A stretch of 59,611 bases of DNA, filler included, from Sluysia triapertura (GCA_046118255.1; 4 parts of 4 records of this genome joined end to end with filler, not necessarily neighbours in it); one strand, 5' to 3'; positions 26,341 through 39,477 are shown, counted from the first letter of the whole stretch. Program-made: numbers and translations. Notes: generated by a model not told the origin, from the letters alone.

Positions 26341-28619
26341 ACATTTTGATCTAGAGCATTCTTTTTTAGTAATTAAATTTTAATAATTAAATTTTATTTA
26401 TAATTTTTACAATTTTTAAAAAAATAATTTTTTGCAATTTTTTAATAATGTTTATAAATTTTTATAATTTTGATAATAGTTCACAATAGTGAAATTTTTA
26501 ATAAAAATAAATAATAAAATAAATTATGAACATAAACATAAAACATAAAAATAAAACTTTACACCCTTACATTTCATGCATTCATCATTATTTTTAGTTA
26601 GTCATAAACTGATCAATTTCAATAATTAAATTTCAACAGTAATTTCCATCGGATTCCAATTTTATTGTCTCCTGCAATTAGAAAAAGGTAATTTATTTAT
26701 TAACTTTTATAGTTTAATTAGTTGTACTTGAAAATGAGTTTAAAGGTGTAGTGTATACTAGACATAATTGCATCACATTTGCACGAAGGTGCTTAAATTG
26801 TCCATGTATATTGTCCACTATTTTTTTATTACCAAAATTTATTAATTCATCTTATTCAAATTGAAATTCAAACTCAACATGGACAATTATACATTATGGT
26901 TATTTTACTGGAAAATCATGATGATATTCTAAATATTGTAACGTTATAAAAGCACTTACTGTCTTTAAAACTGCTTAAAAGAAACTTTATATAGAATATA
27001 GAAATAAGTGATATTGTGCATTCTTCAAAAATCTACGAAGTATTTCGGAAATGACAAAGTTCTTTCTATTTATAAATATTACAAAGAATGATGCATTTTA
27101 ATCTTCTGAAAACTTATTTCATTATACATATTTTAGCCAATAAATTAATATTTTATTGTTGTTGCTGTTAGACCTCATACAATGTATCGACAGAGATGTT
27201 TTCTGTTCAGTCCAATGTTCTAATAATTTATTTCTGTGGTACTTTTTTAGAATTATACCTTAGCATTATTAACTATTTAAGATATAATTATAAATAAACA
27301 AAATAAATAAATGAAACAAATAAACAAGATAAATATCAAAACAAAATGAATATTCAAATTATATTTTATGAAAATAAATGATTCATTGTCATTTATAATA
27401 TTCCAAATCTGAAAATGAATTTAAATTTCAAATATTTAATATCTATTAGTGATGTATTCAGCAATCTCAGTAACATATAACATATCAGTACCATATTTTA
27501 ACACAGACAATTATAATAATAATTCTACACAATTACATTTTCATTTTGTAATAACTTAAAATTTATTATTTTCACTAATCAGTTGTTATTACTGTTATAT
27601 ATATTACTTATTAAATTGCTAGATAATAAAAAGGCTGACATCTTTTATTATCAATAATAATCACTTATTATTTTGTGGATCTTAATATTGTTCAAGTATT
27701 TTTATGAATATAATCAATACTTTCAATTTTATTTTCAATTCGATTTAACTCTTTTTGTTTTAAAGAATTTAAAAAAGAATTTTTTTTGATTTTGTGGCAC
27801 GGACATCAAAAACGATTCGCCATCCCTGTTCTAGATGCAAATTCTCATAAATTTGATTTTAAGGTGTTAGTAAAATTTCTGATCTATATCGTTCAATTGT
27901 CAAACATAAACATAATGCAAGTATTTTCTCTTATACAAAATAATTCTGGAAGCCCGTCCGACTAATCAGGCACGATTTATATCGAAAGATGACGTCCTAA
28001 TTAGATTTGAAAAAACGTTAAACGAGTTAATTACCTAGGTAACTTAATGAGTGCGTGTCACAAAAACTAATATTAGGAGACAGTTCAAAACTTAAGGTGC
28101 TTATGTTTGTTAAACCAGCCTTTTTACTGTCTTGTCAATTTATTATTGATTTAGAAAAGGTAAACTAAGAATAAATTTATTATAACCAAAATAAAATTAG
28201 TTTACAATTGTTAATAGATTGTGTGTATATATATTTATAAAATATAAATATGCACTTTAGATCTTAAGAAAAAAATTTCTTAGACAAAGTAAGTTTAAGT
28301 CAGCCTTTTTACGGTCTGACATACACAATAAAAATTTAAGTAAGATTTTGAGTCCAATCTATTACGATTAGAACTTATACTACTTATATACAAATTAATT
28401 ACTTTTCATGGAATTAAGCGTCATCTGAATAAAAATTTTTTCCTTCCAAGAGTTTGAATTTGACGATAAAATATTTTTTAACTGTAGGTTAACTGTGTCT
28501 AAATGTTCAATTTTAACAGCTCTATATATTGATTCTTACTTCCTCCATGTTGGGGCAAAAAGGCCTAAAAAGTGCCAAGTAGTATAATTGAATATATTGA
28601 AAATGAAAAAGTTAGACGG

Positions 28620-28691
28620 GGGCTGATAGCTCAGTGGTAGAGCAGTCGAACTGCGCAGCGATGGTCCCGAGTCCGATCCCCGGTCAGTCCA
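28620..28691 (+). tRNA. tRNA-like sequence (probably Ala-derived pseudo-tRNA) inside a dispersed repeat
   Basis: Acceptor stem GGGCTGA/TCAGTCC, intact D-arm/A-box TAGCTCAGTGGTAGAGC, T-arm CCGAG-TCCGATC-CCCGG, with TTTT immediately after. The anticodon arm does not pair canonically. Confidence 0.75.
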
Positions 28692-30990
28692 TTTTACGAA
28701 GTCTAACAGAATGTAGAAAACCGGTTTACTGTTAACGATTATCTTAAGGTGAATCTTAATTTTAATTTGATAGAACCAAATTATATGTTTGATTTTTATT
28801 TTAGAATTTACAAGGCCAGTATAACACAGCATGTTCCCAGCTCGGCTTGAAGCATAGATTTAACAAACAATTTTATGTAAAAAAATTTGAAATCATTTTG
28901 TATTAAAAATAAATTTATAAGTATTTTGAATTAATCTTATTATATAACAGGCATTTTGAAGTTATAATAAATCTTTTAATAAGCAATAATCTTAATTTAA
29001 TAAACATTTCAATACCAAAATGATGATAATGATGATGATGATTATTATTATTATTATTACTATTATTATTATTTTTATTTTTATTATATAGTCATGCAAG
29101 AACGCTTTCTTATTTACTATACTATGTTTACATTTTATTTTATTACATTATACATTTATGTATATTTTGATTGTATAAATATTATATATATAATTATAAA
29201 ATAATTTTTAATTTAAAATAAAATTTATAAAATAATTTCATTCCTAAAAAATATAATAATGATAAAATTTTTAAATAATAATAATAATTTCTAACAAATC
29301 AAAAAATAATTTTATTTCTAATATAACAATCTGGAAAATAATTCGTCAATTTTGTTTACTAACCTAATTGAATAAATATTTCAATATGAAAGCATCAGTG
29401 AAAATTTAGTTATATAGATGGCTAAATTTTCATTGTAAAAACCATCACAATAATTTTATCTTCAAAATTTATGAATTCCAAAATTGTTCCAGTTTTCCAT
29501 GATAAGAAGTAATTTGTTTTTATATAAGTTTTTAAAATTCTTACCTTAGTAAAGAAGAACCAAAATCCACACAAAATCAATAACTTGAATGCAAGACCTT
29601 AAAAAGGCTTGTTTAATTTATATTTTAAATTTCGAAATAATTGCTACGGAAGTTGCTTTCTTAAGTAATTTAAAATAATTATTGAAATTACATTTATAAT
29701 ATTGTTTTTCATTATTTATTTCGTTTGTCGATTGATTAATTAATAAAGTTTTAGTATTTAGCCTTCGTTTTATACATATTAGTTGTTTGCTAGACCTTAA
29801 TAAGGCTAGCTTAACGTTTAACCTTATTAAATTATTTTTAACTTGTACGCTAGACCATAACCGGCTAGCTTAACTACTTAGAAACTAGACCGTAATTCGG
29901 TTAGTATAATTTATCGAATTTATAAAATAAATTTTTTGTTAAGAATAGTGGGGACTTTTCAACTGTTAACATCCTTGTGAATTTCTTTTTAAGTTAATTA
30001 AAAATCAAATCCTAATAGACCGCCTTCGGCCAGATATAATAAGTCTCTGTTAGGTGAACTCTCCTTCAGAAAATTATTCTTTGCAAAGCGTTTGGTACAT
30101 AAATCCAGCAGCCACTATAATAAATGTAAGCCTTATAATTGTATTAATAAAGTAAGGTTATCTTTATTTTTATTTTACGTAATTTAAATTTAAAAGTAAT
30201 ACAAGATTTGATTTAAATTGTTTAAAATGTGCAACATTTACTAATGAATATTTTTGAATTAGGACTCAAAAAATTGCGAGAGGTGCTATTTAGTTTTATC
30301 ATTTAACCCCATAGACTAGTCTTTTAAAAGACGAAAGATGAATATTACATTAACAGTAATTTGTAGAACAAATGTATAAAAATTACGCAATATAATTACA
30401 TAATTCGTGAAAAAATATCCTATTTATATCACCTTAATTTATAATTGTTGTGGCAATCAATTTTAATTCACTTAACCACACTTTACGGCGTAATTTTTAA
30501 GAAATAACTTTACAAGATGAAAAGGGTAGCCAATTTTAAGTACACCAAAATCAATTTTTAAAGATTAACTGAAAGTTGTTCAACATGCATTTCGAATAAT
30601 TTGAAGTTTAATCACTAGTACTCAAGAAATTTGAAAAATTAACTTAAAAAATAACTTTTCATATAAAACATTGACTAAATTAGAATTATGGTTGTTTCAA
30701 ACGTAAATTAAAATAAAACATTGTTTTAACTCTAATACTTAAAATTTAAATAATAGTAAAATCTAGCATCATTTATTAAAAATCAGATGACAAAATTTAT
30801 GAAAAAAAATTGTGAGACAATTTAAATTCAATAACATATTTGGATAATTGAGTTGAAATGAAAAACACAAATGATATGTTTGCTTTTTTTTGTTTAAATT
30901 TAATTAAAACTTGTAATTTTTTGAAATTTTGAAACGGCTTAAAATTAATCTGTGTGTTAACTTTCACGTAAATCATTATTATTATTTTAA

Positions 30991-31956
30991 ATGGATGGTT
31001 GCCCAGTACAAATAGTGAGTTACAAAAATGATAGCTATCAACTCCATGATGAAGAATTGCAGAAAATTTTATTAGCTAAAAATATAAAGGATAAAAAAGT
31101 TGTCATTATATCAATAGCTGGGGAATTACGTGGAGGAAAATCATTTATGCTTAATTTTTTCTTGCGTTATTTAAGAGCTAGAGGATCTTCAGACTGGATT
31201 GGAAAACCAGATGAACCGTTGACTGGATTTAGTTGGAAAAATGGGCCATTTTCTGATACTAGTGGAATACTACTTTGGAGTAAACCTTTTATGATCAAAG
31301 GTGATAATAATGAAGAATATGCCGTTCTTTTAATGGATACTCAAGGTACATTTGATAAATATACTAGTACCAAAGTTAATGCTTTATTAATTGCTATGAC
31401 TACTTTAATGAGCTCAGTCTTAATTTTAAATATGAATCGTCATGTTCCAGAATTGGAGTTAATGATGCTTCAGTTATTTATGTCTTATGGAGAATTAGCT
31501 GCAGAAAGAAATGACAACAATGCCAAACCGTTTCAGAAGCTACAATTTTTAATTCGTGATTGGCAAAATGAATATGTTTTTCCGTATGGATTTGAAGGTG
31601 GTCGTAAATACATAGACGATATTTTAGCGGTAGATGATAAGAAAAAGAATCAAGATCCAAATCAGATGCGTTATTATTTAAGGGAATGTTTTGAATCAAT
31701 CAGTTGCTGCTTATTACCGCATCCTGGTAAAAAGGTTTCAGCATCACAAAAATTTGAAGGCCAATTAAGTGATATTGATGAAGATTTTTTAGAACAATTA
31801 CATACATATGTGCCAACTGTTTTATCTAAAGAAAATCTTACTCCAAAAGCTATAGATGGACGTTTTATCACTTGCTTAGATGCTTTTGAATATTTCATTT
31901 CTTATTTTAAAGTTTTTAGTTCATCCGAAACGCCAGAACCAAGTGAAGTATTTAGA
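30991..31956 (+). CDS. atl: Atlastin-like GTPase (GBP/atlastin family), coding exon 1: entire G domain, 322 aa
   Basis: P-loop GELRGGKSFMLNFFLRY, GFSWKNG..DTSGI, LLMDTQG, LQFLIRDW and LLPHPGKKV are all atlastin signatures. Phase-0 donor AGA|GTAAGT at 31957. The symbol denotes the family; this may be a divergent paralog. Confidence 0.95.
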
Positions 31957-32029
31957 GTAAGTATTTTTTAGATCTTAAATTATCGAAAATGTTAGATGTT
32001 AAATCTTTTAAAATGTTAAATTTGCCTTA

Positions 32030-32950
32030 TTTTATATTTGGGTTCATAACCTTTGTCTTCTGATGATAGAATTAAAAGACAAAACTTGTGAAAGTATTAT
32101 AATAAAATATACTCGAACAAATAACTAGTTCTAGAATGAGTAATTTCACATTTATCCAACAGAAACGAATTAAAATATTTAAATTTACTTTTGACAAAAG
32201 AAACTGAATTTATGATGACTGAAAATTTATAATAATTCTCTTAATGCAATCTCTAACAGTTATTGGTAAAGCTTCTTTAACCAATAATTTGCCAAAATTA
32301 CTATGTTAAAATCCACCAACAAAATGTGGAATCTCCAACTAGAAATTGAGTGAATTACATTGAAAATCTAACTTTTATTGATTTTTTTCTTTGTTATTAT
32401 GTACTACCGATAGATGTGTTAATAAATTAAAATATTAACAACTTTCTTTAATTTGCGATTAAATATTAATAGAAACTTTATTATTGCGCATTTGACTGGA
32501 AAATTCCACTTTAAATAATATTTTTCATTGCTATTATACTGCAGCTAATCAATTCTTAAATCACATTGGATATTATTTTATAATTAATTTCTATCTTGAG
32601 TAAAATTCTGTTGTGTGGCCAATCTTTCGATAAGTGATTTTTAAAATGTATTATCATTGTCATAGGGACAAATATTAATTTATTTTCTGTAAAATTATGA
32701 CAGTAATTTATAAATGCTTTCAAATCATGAATATCTTGGAAATAATAAAAACGACTTTATATAGAATCCATAGTGGTTGTAAGATATGTGATTGGCCATA
32801 TATACTGTTTATAGTTAAAAAGTATACAACCAGCTACCAGAGTGTTAAATTACTGGAAGATTATGAAATATAGAGAATGATTTATTTGGGCGCCTTTGAA
32901 TACTTATTTTGCAATAGATATTAGCGCAACATAAATTAATTTATTATATT
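32030..32950 (+). mobile_element. L2-type LINE 3' fragment in atlastin intron 1
   Basis: The 3' ~270 bp align by eye with 54790-55130 (AAATTACTGGAAGATTATGAAATAT..GCGCCTTTGA..TAGATATTAGCGCAACATAAATTAAT). The 5' boundary is approximate. Confidence 0.7.
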
Positions 32951-33029
32951 GGTGTGGTGAAATTATAATTTATACATTTATATTTACTTTAATTTGTATT
33001 TTAATAGACAGTTTAAAATCTCTCTTTTT

Positions 33030-33400
33030 TCTTTGAAATATTTAGCAGCTGAAGAAATTTTATGTGCGATATTTTTAGTATTTTATAAATTGAAAGTTCA
33101 AAATGACTGAAATTTTTTTTAATTCAATGAGAATTTGTGAATTATTTTCCGCAGGAGATAAGAAGTAGTCATTTATGACGTATCCATTAAGCTGCTAACT
33201 TTCAACATTGTCTTGTCTCATCACAAATGTATTAGATTTTCGCAAATTATTCAATCAATTTAATAATTCTGACTGACATTTTCTATCGTCAATCAGTGAC
33301 AGCATTTTTATAAGGTATTCGAACAAAATTATTGCTGAATTAAAAGTAATCTGTAATGCAATTAAAAAACATATTTCCAAAATACACACAAGCTTTACAT
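33030..33400 (+). mobile_element. CR1-like RT fragment
   Basis: AIFLVFYK (cf. AIFLDFSKAFD) and RR*EVVIYDVS (cf. RxQxVVINGxxS) occur in the expected order. Confidence 0.4.
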
Positions 33401-35366
33401 ATGCAGATATAAATACAACCAGCACTTATAAATGCACAAGCACAAAATAATATTGATGAAAATAAGATAATGGCAATAAATATGAAAATGTAATAAAGTT
33501 AATAATAATGGTCATGAAGGGTTGATTCTATGATTAATAGTAATTTAACATTTTATGCAACAATATTAGTACAAAGTACAAACTTGCTCTAAATTTAGAT
33601 TAGAATTTACGTAAGATTTTACGAATGTTTTGCTATCTTAGCTCACCACATTGATAATGATAATAATAATAATTTTACAAAGCCTATTTTATTTAATTTA
33701 TATTAGAAACATTGTTTTATTGTACCATTTGCACTCTTCTTTTAATGTTACTGTTATAAAATTTTAATGAGAAATAGCGACACTTTGCACGAGTTGTTCT
33801 ATTTCATGTTTAGAAATGTTTAATGTTTTACTCTGATATTGGAATTATGTTTCGCCACAATTACTCGGTATAACTTCGTCATTTAATTTAAATGTCTTAT
33901 TGCTTCATAAGATAGCAGTTCTAGTACTTCAGTATTCAATGACAAATTTTCTCAAACTTATGTGTTAAAAGGTTTGAGGATTTTAAGTATTAATCCATAA
34001 GTGCCAGTTTTTTTTATTTTTATGTATATATTTTTGAAGATTATACTAATGTAACATGCAAAAAATAATAAAACATTACTTTTTTTAAGTGAAAATTTGT
34101 GCAAAATATAAAAACTCAACAGTTTTTTTGATATGCAATTTTATCGGTATTTTTAAAAAAGCAGCTGTGTCCAAAATGAAAACATTGGTACTTGGTGGAT
34201 TAAGATGTTCGATCCGAAACTGCTAGGTGATCATGGAAGATCTTCAAAACACCAATAAGCTGATGCAATAGGTCAGATAAATTAAGAAAGTAAGAATTAA
34301 ATATAAGTAAGATTAAATATAGAAAATAAACCAGAAGAAAGCATTTCAACAAGCTTAAAAATGAGTCATCATAAAAAAATAAAAAGTAATATATAGAAGA
34401 TACATATTAAATTAGCAAGCAAAAACTATTCGGATTGCATGATTATTAATTTGTTGAGCATTTTATTTTAATCAACATTTATTTGAGACTACTTGATTTG
34501 GTTAGGATTATTTCTATTTTTCGAAACATTTGGTTAAAGTTATTGAATTTTCTAAAGTTTTCGTATCTTGTTTATTTTACGTCACAAAATGGAGATAATT
34601 TTCGAATATTATTCTTTTGTAAAGTAATAAATGATCAACTAATAATATAAAACAATTAAACACTTTCAATTTAGAAGCACTGTTTGTTTATAATTACTGG
34701 TTATTCCATTTGTGTAATTATCACGTGCAAATTGTTACTTATAAAATCGAACTTTAATTTATTGTGCGATAATTGAATGAGAATCCAAAGACTTCAATAT
34801 TAATATGACAATTTAGTAAATTGATTTACTTAATGCTTTTATTTAATTAATACGATTGTTTCTAGTACAGAATTATCTTCAAAAGTTCGAAAATAAGGTA
34901 CAGTTATATTTGGCGCTCTTAATGCATGTTTCTGATGGACTTTTGACTAACTAATCTGAACTTTGAATACATTCGAGTTTAAAATTACAATCTAATCTAA
35001 CCAATAGAATTTGTGAATGACGTTGAAATTAATTGTAAATCAAGTCGAAGTTTTTAGAATTAACTTTAAAGCAAAAGTTTACTCCATCATATAGCAAAAC
35101 TGATTTTGTCGCATTGATGAGAAAAGGACATTTTCGAACTTTAAAAATCTATTTTTGAAATAATTCAATTGAAATACTAGAGAAATGTCAATATATTTTA
35201 GACTAGTTTACTCAGACATTAATTAAGTTTAGAGATACCAATGATATCATGTACTAATTAAAGTTGCACTTTTTCAAAGACATTTTATTTTGATACTTAA
35301 GAAATAGGAAACTAATTTAATGAATGTAATTCTTTCAAAAATTTATTTTAAAATCTTCAATTTCAG

Positions 35367-35642
35367 GCAACAGTTGAGGGATCTTTTAATGCTTCCATTC
35401 GTAAATGCACATCCTTATATGAGCTGGAAATGGACAAGTTTGTCAATAAAGATTCACGCTATATGTCAGAATCAAAATTCAACTCTACTCATAAACGTAT
35501 ATCAGATGTAGTTATGGAAAAGTTCAAGAGTATGAAGAAAGTTGGGGCTAGACAATTTGAAGACGAATATATACCGAAATTGGAAGAAGAAATAAGAAAA
35601 TCACTTAAATCTTACGTCACAATAAATGAATCTAAAAAATCA
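35367..35642 (+). CDS. atl: Atlastin-like GTPase coding exon 2: three-helix bundle, 92 aa
   Basis: TTTCAG| acceptor, phase 0. Translates ATVEGSFNASIRKCTSLYELEM...FKSMKKVGARQFEDEYIPKLEEEI..YVTINESKKS (cf. ATL1 ATAEANN...FRGVKKMGGEEF...NDSKN). Donor GTATGT at 35643. Confidence 0.93.
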
Positions 35643-35799
35643 GTATGTTTATTATTTTTCTTTATTTAACATGTTTACATACACTAAAAAAGATTAAAGA
35701 TTTGCATGTGCACTATTTAAATAATTTTGAAACACTTGTGCAGTTTTCACGTTTTTGTGTTACATATTATTCAAAGTTCGCACGCGTCCTGGATAATGA

Positions 35800-36700
35800 A
35801 TGAAACCATTTTCTATGTACTTAATAAGCGTTCTCTTGGGCGACTTCTTAGTGGATTAAATGAGCCATCATTTGTTAATTTATGAAGTGATTTATCTGAA
35901 TAAATATTCATCAGAATCCTTCAATATAAATTTTATGTAATTCTTTATATTATTAAATTTGAAATAAGACTTTTTAGCATTACTTTCATAAATTCATTCA
36001 ATAAAATAGTGACTACATAACGTTGATGTACTCTGTAAATACAACGGCCTTACCCTATGAAATGAAACCAAGACGTTTCGAGCCATCTCGATTTAAACTG
36101 TTACCAACTTGGCAACTTTTTACGATTTTCTCAAAAAACACGTGATGTATCCTATCTAATGCATCAGAAAAGTAGTTGCTATATAACTTTGGAACGATTC
36201 TTTATTAATCTGACAATTTAGGCCACAATTGCAACCATATCAACCATATAATCAGTTATAAATTTCATAATCACAACTAGATTACAAAATACAATTTCTA
36301 ATTTTAGTCAATAAAATAATGATGATTGGATGTAGATACTTTAGGTAATTTATGAATTTTGCTTTTAAAGACCTAATGGTAAATAATGCACTTTCGTTTT
36401 GTCCTATCATAGTTATTCTTGGACCTTTTTAAGACGACCAATCAAATATTATTAAGTTCGTGAATAATAATCAAATTAATTAAAAAACTATTTTATTGAT
36501 TTTACCAACATAATATTTATGCAACGTGCTATAATTTTCTATAATCTCATTTTCTATAAGCATCTTTGAGTGCTTCATTGTGATAATTTGATAAGGATTT
36601 GCGTGCTTCTAAGTATGAATTGAAAATGAATGTTTTTAGAAAATAGTAGACTTGGTATAAACTGCTGTTTCAAATTGAAACGTGAAAGATTGACAGTGAT
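35800..36700 (-). mobile_element. Degenerate L1/Tx1-type RT fragment
   Basis: IGRLKKV..IGQNESA..RS, FSDALDRIHHVFFEKIV...VGNS and HRV-R (cf. RGVRQG) occur in order on the minus strand. Confidence 0.55.
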
Positions 36701-37361
36701 TTGTGTTGTATGGTTAATAAATTAAAATACAAATTATGAGAACTGTAAAATTATTACTTGTTTTAGCTGGTCTGTAAAATAAAAGCTGACTGATTATAAA
36801 AATGTGGCGTTTTTAAATGTGTAATATATATTGTAGAAATGTAAGTTGAATGTAATATATGTTTTTAAAGTGCCCGAGTTACTATAAGTAGGAAATAGAA
36901 GTTGTAAGAATTTGTGATGAGTTATCTTTGTACCAGTGTAATAAAATTGTAAATTTAGTTTTAAGCCCAGTTGCGGAACAAAGGGGGCCAGAGAGGTAGA
37001 TGACCCGGGGCGCAAAATTTCTTCTAGAAAAATAGAAAAATAAATAGATTATTATGGATGAATCTAATATAATATATAATATATTATACTTTTTGACCAT
37101 TGGTCGATAGAAATATAAAATATTTTACACAACCAGTTACCTGTCGAATATCGAGTTTAGATAGTGAAACTATAATTGGACGATGGTATGAAAATCAATT
37201 AATGAAACAGAATTTTAATAGATAGAAAAATTCCGATAATTTTTTTAATTAAATAGATATTAAAAATCAATTTTAATAAAATTCTGCTTTATTATCAAAT
37301 AAAAATGCAAATTCTATGAAGACATGAGATACGCACAAAAATGAATATTTCTGTTTCTACA

Positions 37362-37426
37362 TCTGGCAGAATTAGAAATATTTAGGATCCTCTTTGAGGC
37401 CGTGGATTCAAATCCTTCTCTTGATA
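37362..37426 (+). pseudogene. tRNA-Leu-like 3' remnant
   Basis: GATCCTCTTTGAGGCCGTGGATTCAAATCCTTCTCTTGATA resembles the variable arm, T-arm and acceptor end of arthropod tRNA-Leu(CAA) as recalled. The 5' half is absent. Confidence 0.5.
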
Positions 37427-38139
37427 TTATTTTGGTTTTACGAGAGGATGTAATTGAAAATTTATATCTGCATTTCTTAAAATTTATATTTTTACATTTT
37501 ATTAATTTATCTAAAAATTTTATGAAAAATTAAGTCTAAGTAATGAATTAACATTTTAAACACTTTAAAATTTAAAATATTAACTAATTTAACAATCAAA
37601 ACATCAATAATAAACAAGTTGAAACTTATTGTATTAAAACATAAGAACATTATAAAAACAAGAAATAATACATTACTTAAGTTATAATTATTCCAATCGT
37701 CAGCACGTTTCACTTCATCTTCGTTTTATTAATAAAACCAAACCCGGAATGCGTTTTACTGAATTTACGCTAAAAGAATACTTCAGTTCAAGTAAACATT
37801 TAAGCGAAGAAATTAATATAGTCATTATTGCAATGTGACACAGTGTTACATAAAACGTTTGAAATGATTTAAGCTGTTTAAATAAACAAATGTGTTATTT
37901 TTTTCATCCTTGTTAAAGAAAATTTCACGTAAACATAATTCCATACGAATGGTATTTCGCTTATGTTTATTAGTGAATAATCGCTGAATTGGTACTTCTT
38001 GATTACTAACATTACCATGATAAACATAGAAAACGAAAAGAGTAACAGTCAGTGGATAAATTTTCATTATCGATTTTTTTGGCAAAGTTATAATTAATAT
38101 TAATCTTATATTATTATTTTATAATAATAAAATAATAAA

Positions 38140-39182
38140 TTTATGAGGGCCTTGTGCAGGTTTTTTGGCGCCGCGCTAAAACCGTAAGTTATAACTTTAT
38201 TGGGAACAGCGGACTTCAGCTGAGAATCAATATCGGTTTTGTGTTAGTTTTGTAATTTTGACCTGTCGCCGGCAAAGAAAAGATGTCACCTTACTACAAA
38301 ATGGAACCGGCGCAATACGAGGAGTACGAGGGTCCCTTATCCTCAATTCGGGGCTCTGTTTGCCGTTATAATGCTTGTTTTGTTGGGTCGTTGTACGCGA
38401 TTGTTCAATTTCCGGTTTTCGTTCTAGGACTGTTTGAAAGCCAACTGATTTGCATTGTTGTTGCTTGTTGACCAGTCGTTGCAGTTGCAGGAATTGACTT
38501 GTCTTATTTTTTTCTTCAAGAATTTCTTGCGTGGTGGCATAACAGTATTGTAGGGATTGTTTTTGATTCTTAAGAGTACTTTTAACGGTCTTTATAGATT
38601 TTGATTCTATAGTTTGTTTGTTCCATGAGTGTGCGTGTTTGTGACGATTTTGTGTATTGTATTATCAATGAAGTTGTGTTTATGTAGATGTATTCTGTGG
38701 TGTATGTATCTGATGTGTATATGATGTGTAGTATGTCTTATGTCATTATTATTATAATTGTCATTATTATATTATTATTTTATTTGTTATTATTTTTTTA
38801 TTATTATAATTGTTATTATTGTTATTATGACATCATTTTTATTACCATCATGATCATCGTTAGTATAATTACAATCATCTTCATTATTGTTATTATAATT
38901 ATCATCGTTATTATTGTCTTTATTATCTTTGTTGTATTTATTGCTATCACTATTCTTATTATTATTAGTATTATTGTCATTATCGTTATTGTTATTATTA
39001 CCATTATTATTGTTATCGATATAATTATAATTATCATTGTTATAATCATTGTTGCTATAATTATTTTTATTATAATTACTATTAAAATTATAATCATAAA
39101 AATTACAATCACAATCATTATGAATATTATAATTAATCTTATTAATATTAAAATTAATATTATTAACATTATCATTGTTAAA

Positions 39183-39239
<57 letters not shown>

Positions 39240-39475
39240 GTTATTACAATTATTGCATTGTTATGACAATTGTTAAAATAGTTATTTTTATTATTATGCT
39301 TATCATTATTATTAGCAGAAATTTCTATATTCAACTTGTTTATCTTAATTTTTACAACCTGACGCCAATTTTGATTTGATTTCCCTCCACTATTATTTTA
39401 GTTTCTACATCTTGTTTTTGAGCTTAGATTTTAATATTATCATGTCTTGAGAGCTATTACGCATGTCATGCTAAT
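38140..39475 (-). mobile_element. Probable 5' end of a non-LTR element (UTR with AAT expansion plus disrupted ORF1 start MPPRKK)
   Basis: GC-richer disrupted frame from an ATG near 38540 with an AC-rich leader. The terminal TTTTTGAGCT..GAGAGC motif is shared with 22885-22905. Confidence 0.35.
38740..39265. repeat. Degenerate (ATT)n microsatellite, about 520 bp
   Basis: ATT/ATC/GTT triplet tract with a perfect core at ~39186-39239. Confidence 0.93.
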
Positions 39476-39477
39476 GT

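Noticed and set aside
26600-27830. Possible hAT transposase remnant ending in TCGCCATCCCTG
   Set aside because: Only one TIR-like end and no convincing catalytic motifs.
28620-28691. Functional tRNA with rare GCG (Arg) anticodon
   Set aside because: The anticodon stem is unpaired and the T-loop is mutated, so the anticodon cannot be assigned reliably.
29789-29905. CRISPR-like interpretation of the palindromic repeats
   Set aside because: Eukaryotic context, irregular spacing, non-identical repeats and no cas genes.
31478-31898. Antisense ORFs within the GTPase exon
   Set aside because: Shadow frames of the real coding strand.
38688-39334. 192-aa and 169-aa poly-Ile ORFs that could look like the missing atlastin TM segment
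   Set aside because: They are a product of an (ATT)n microsatellite open on both strands, with no atlastin similarity.
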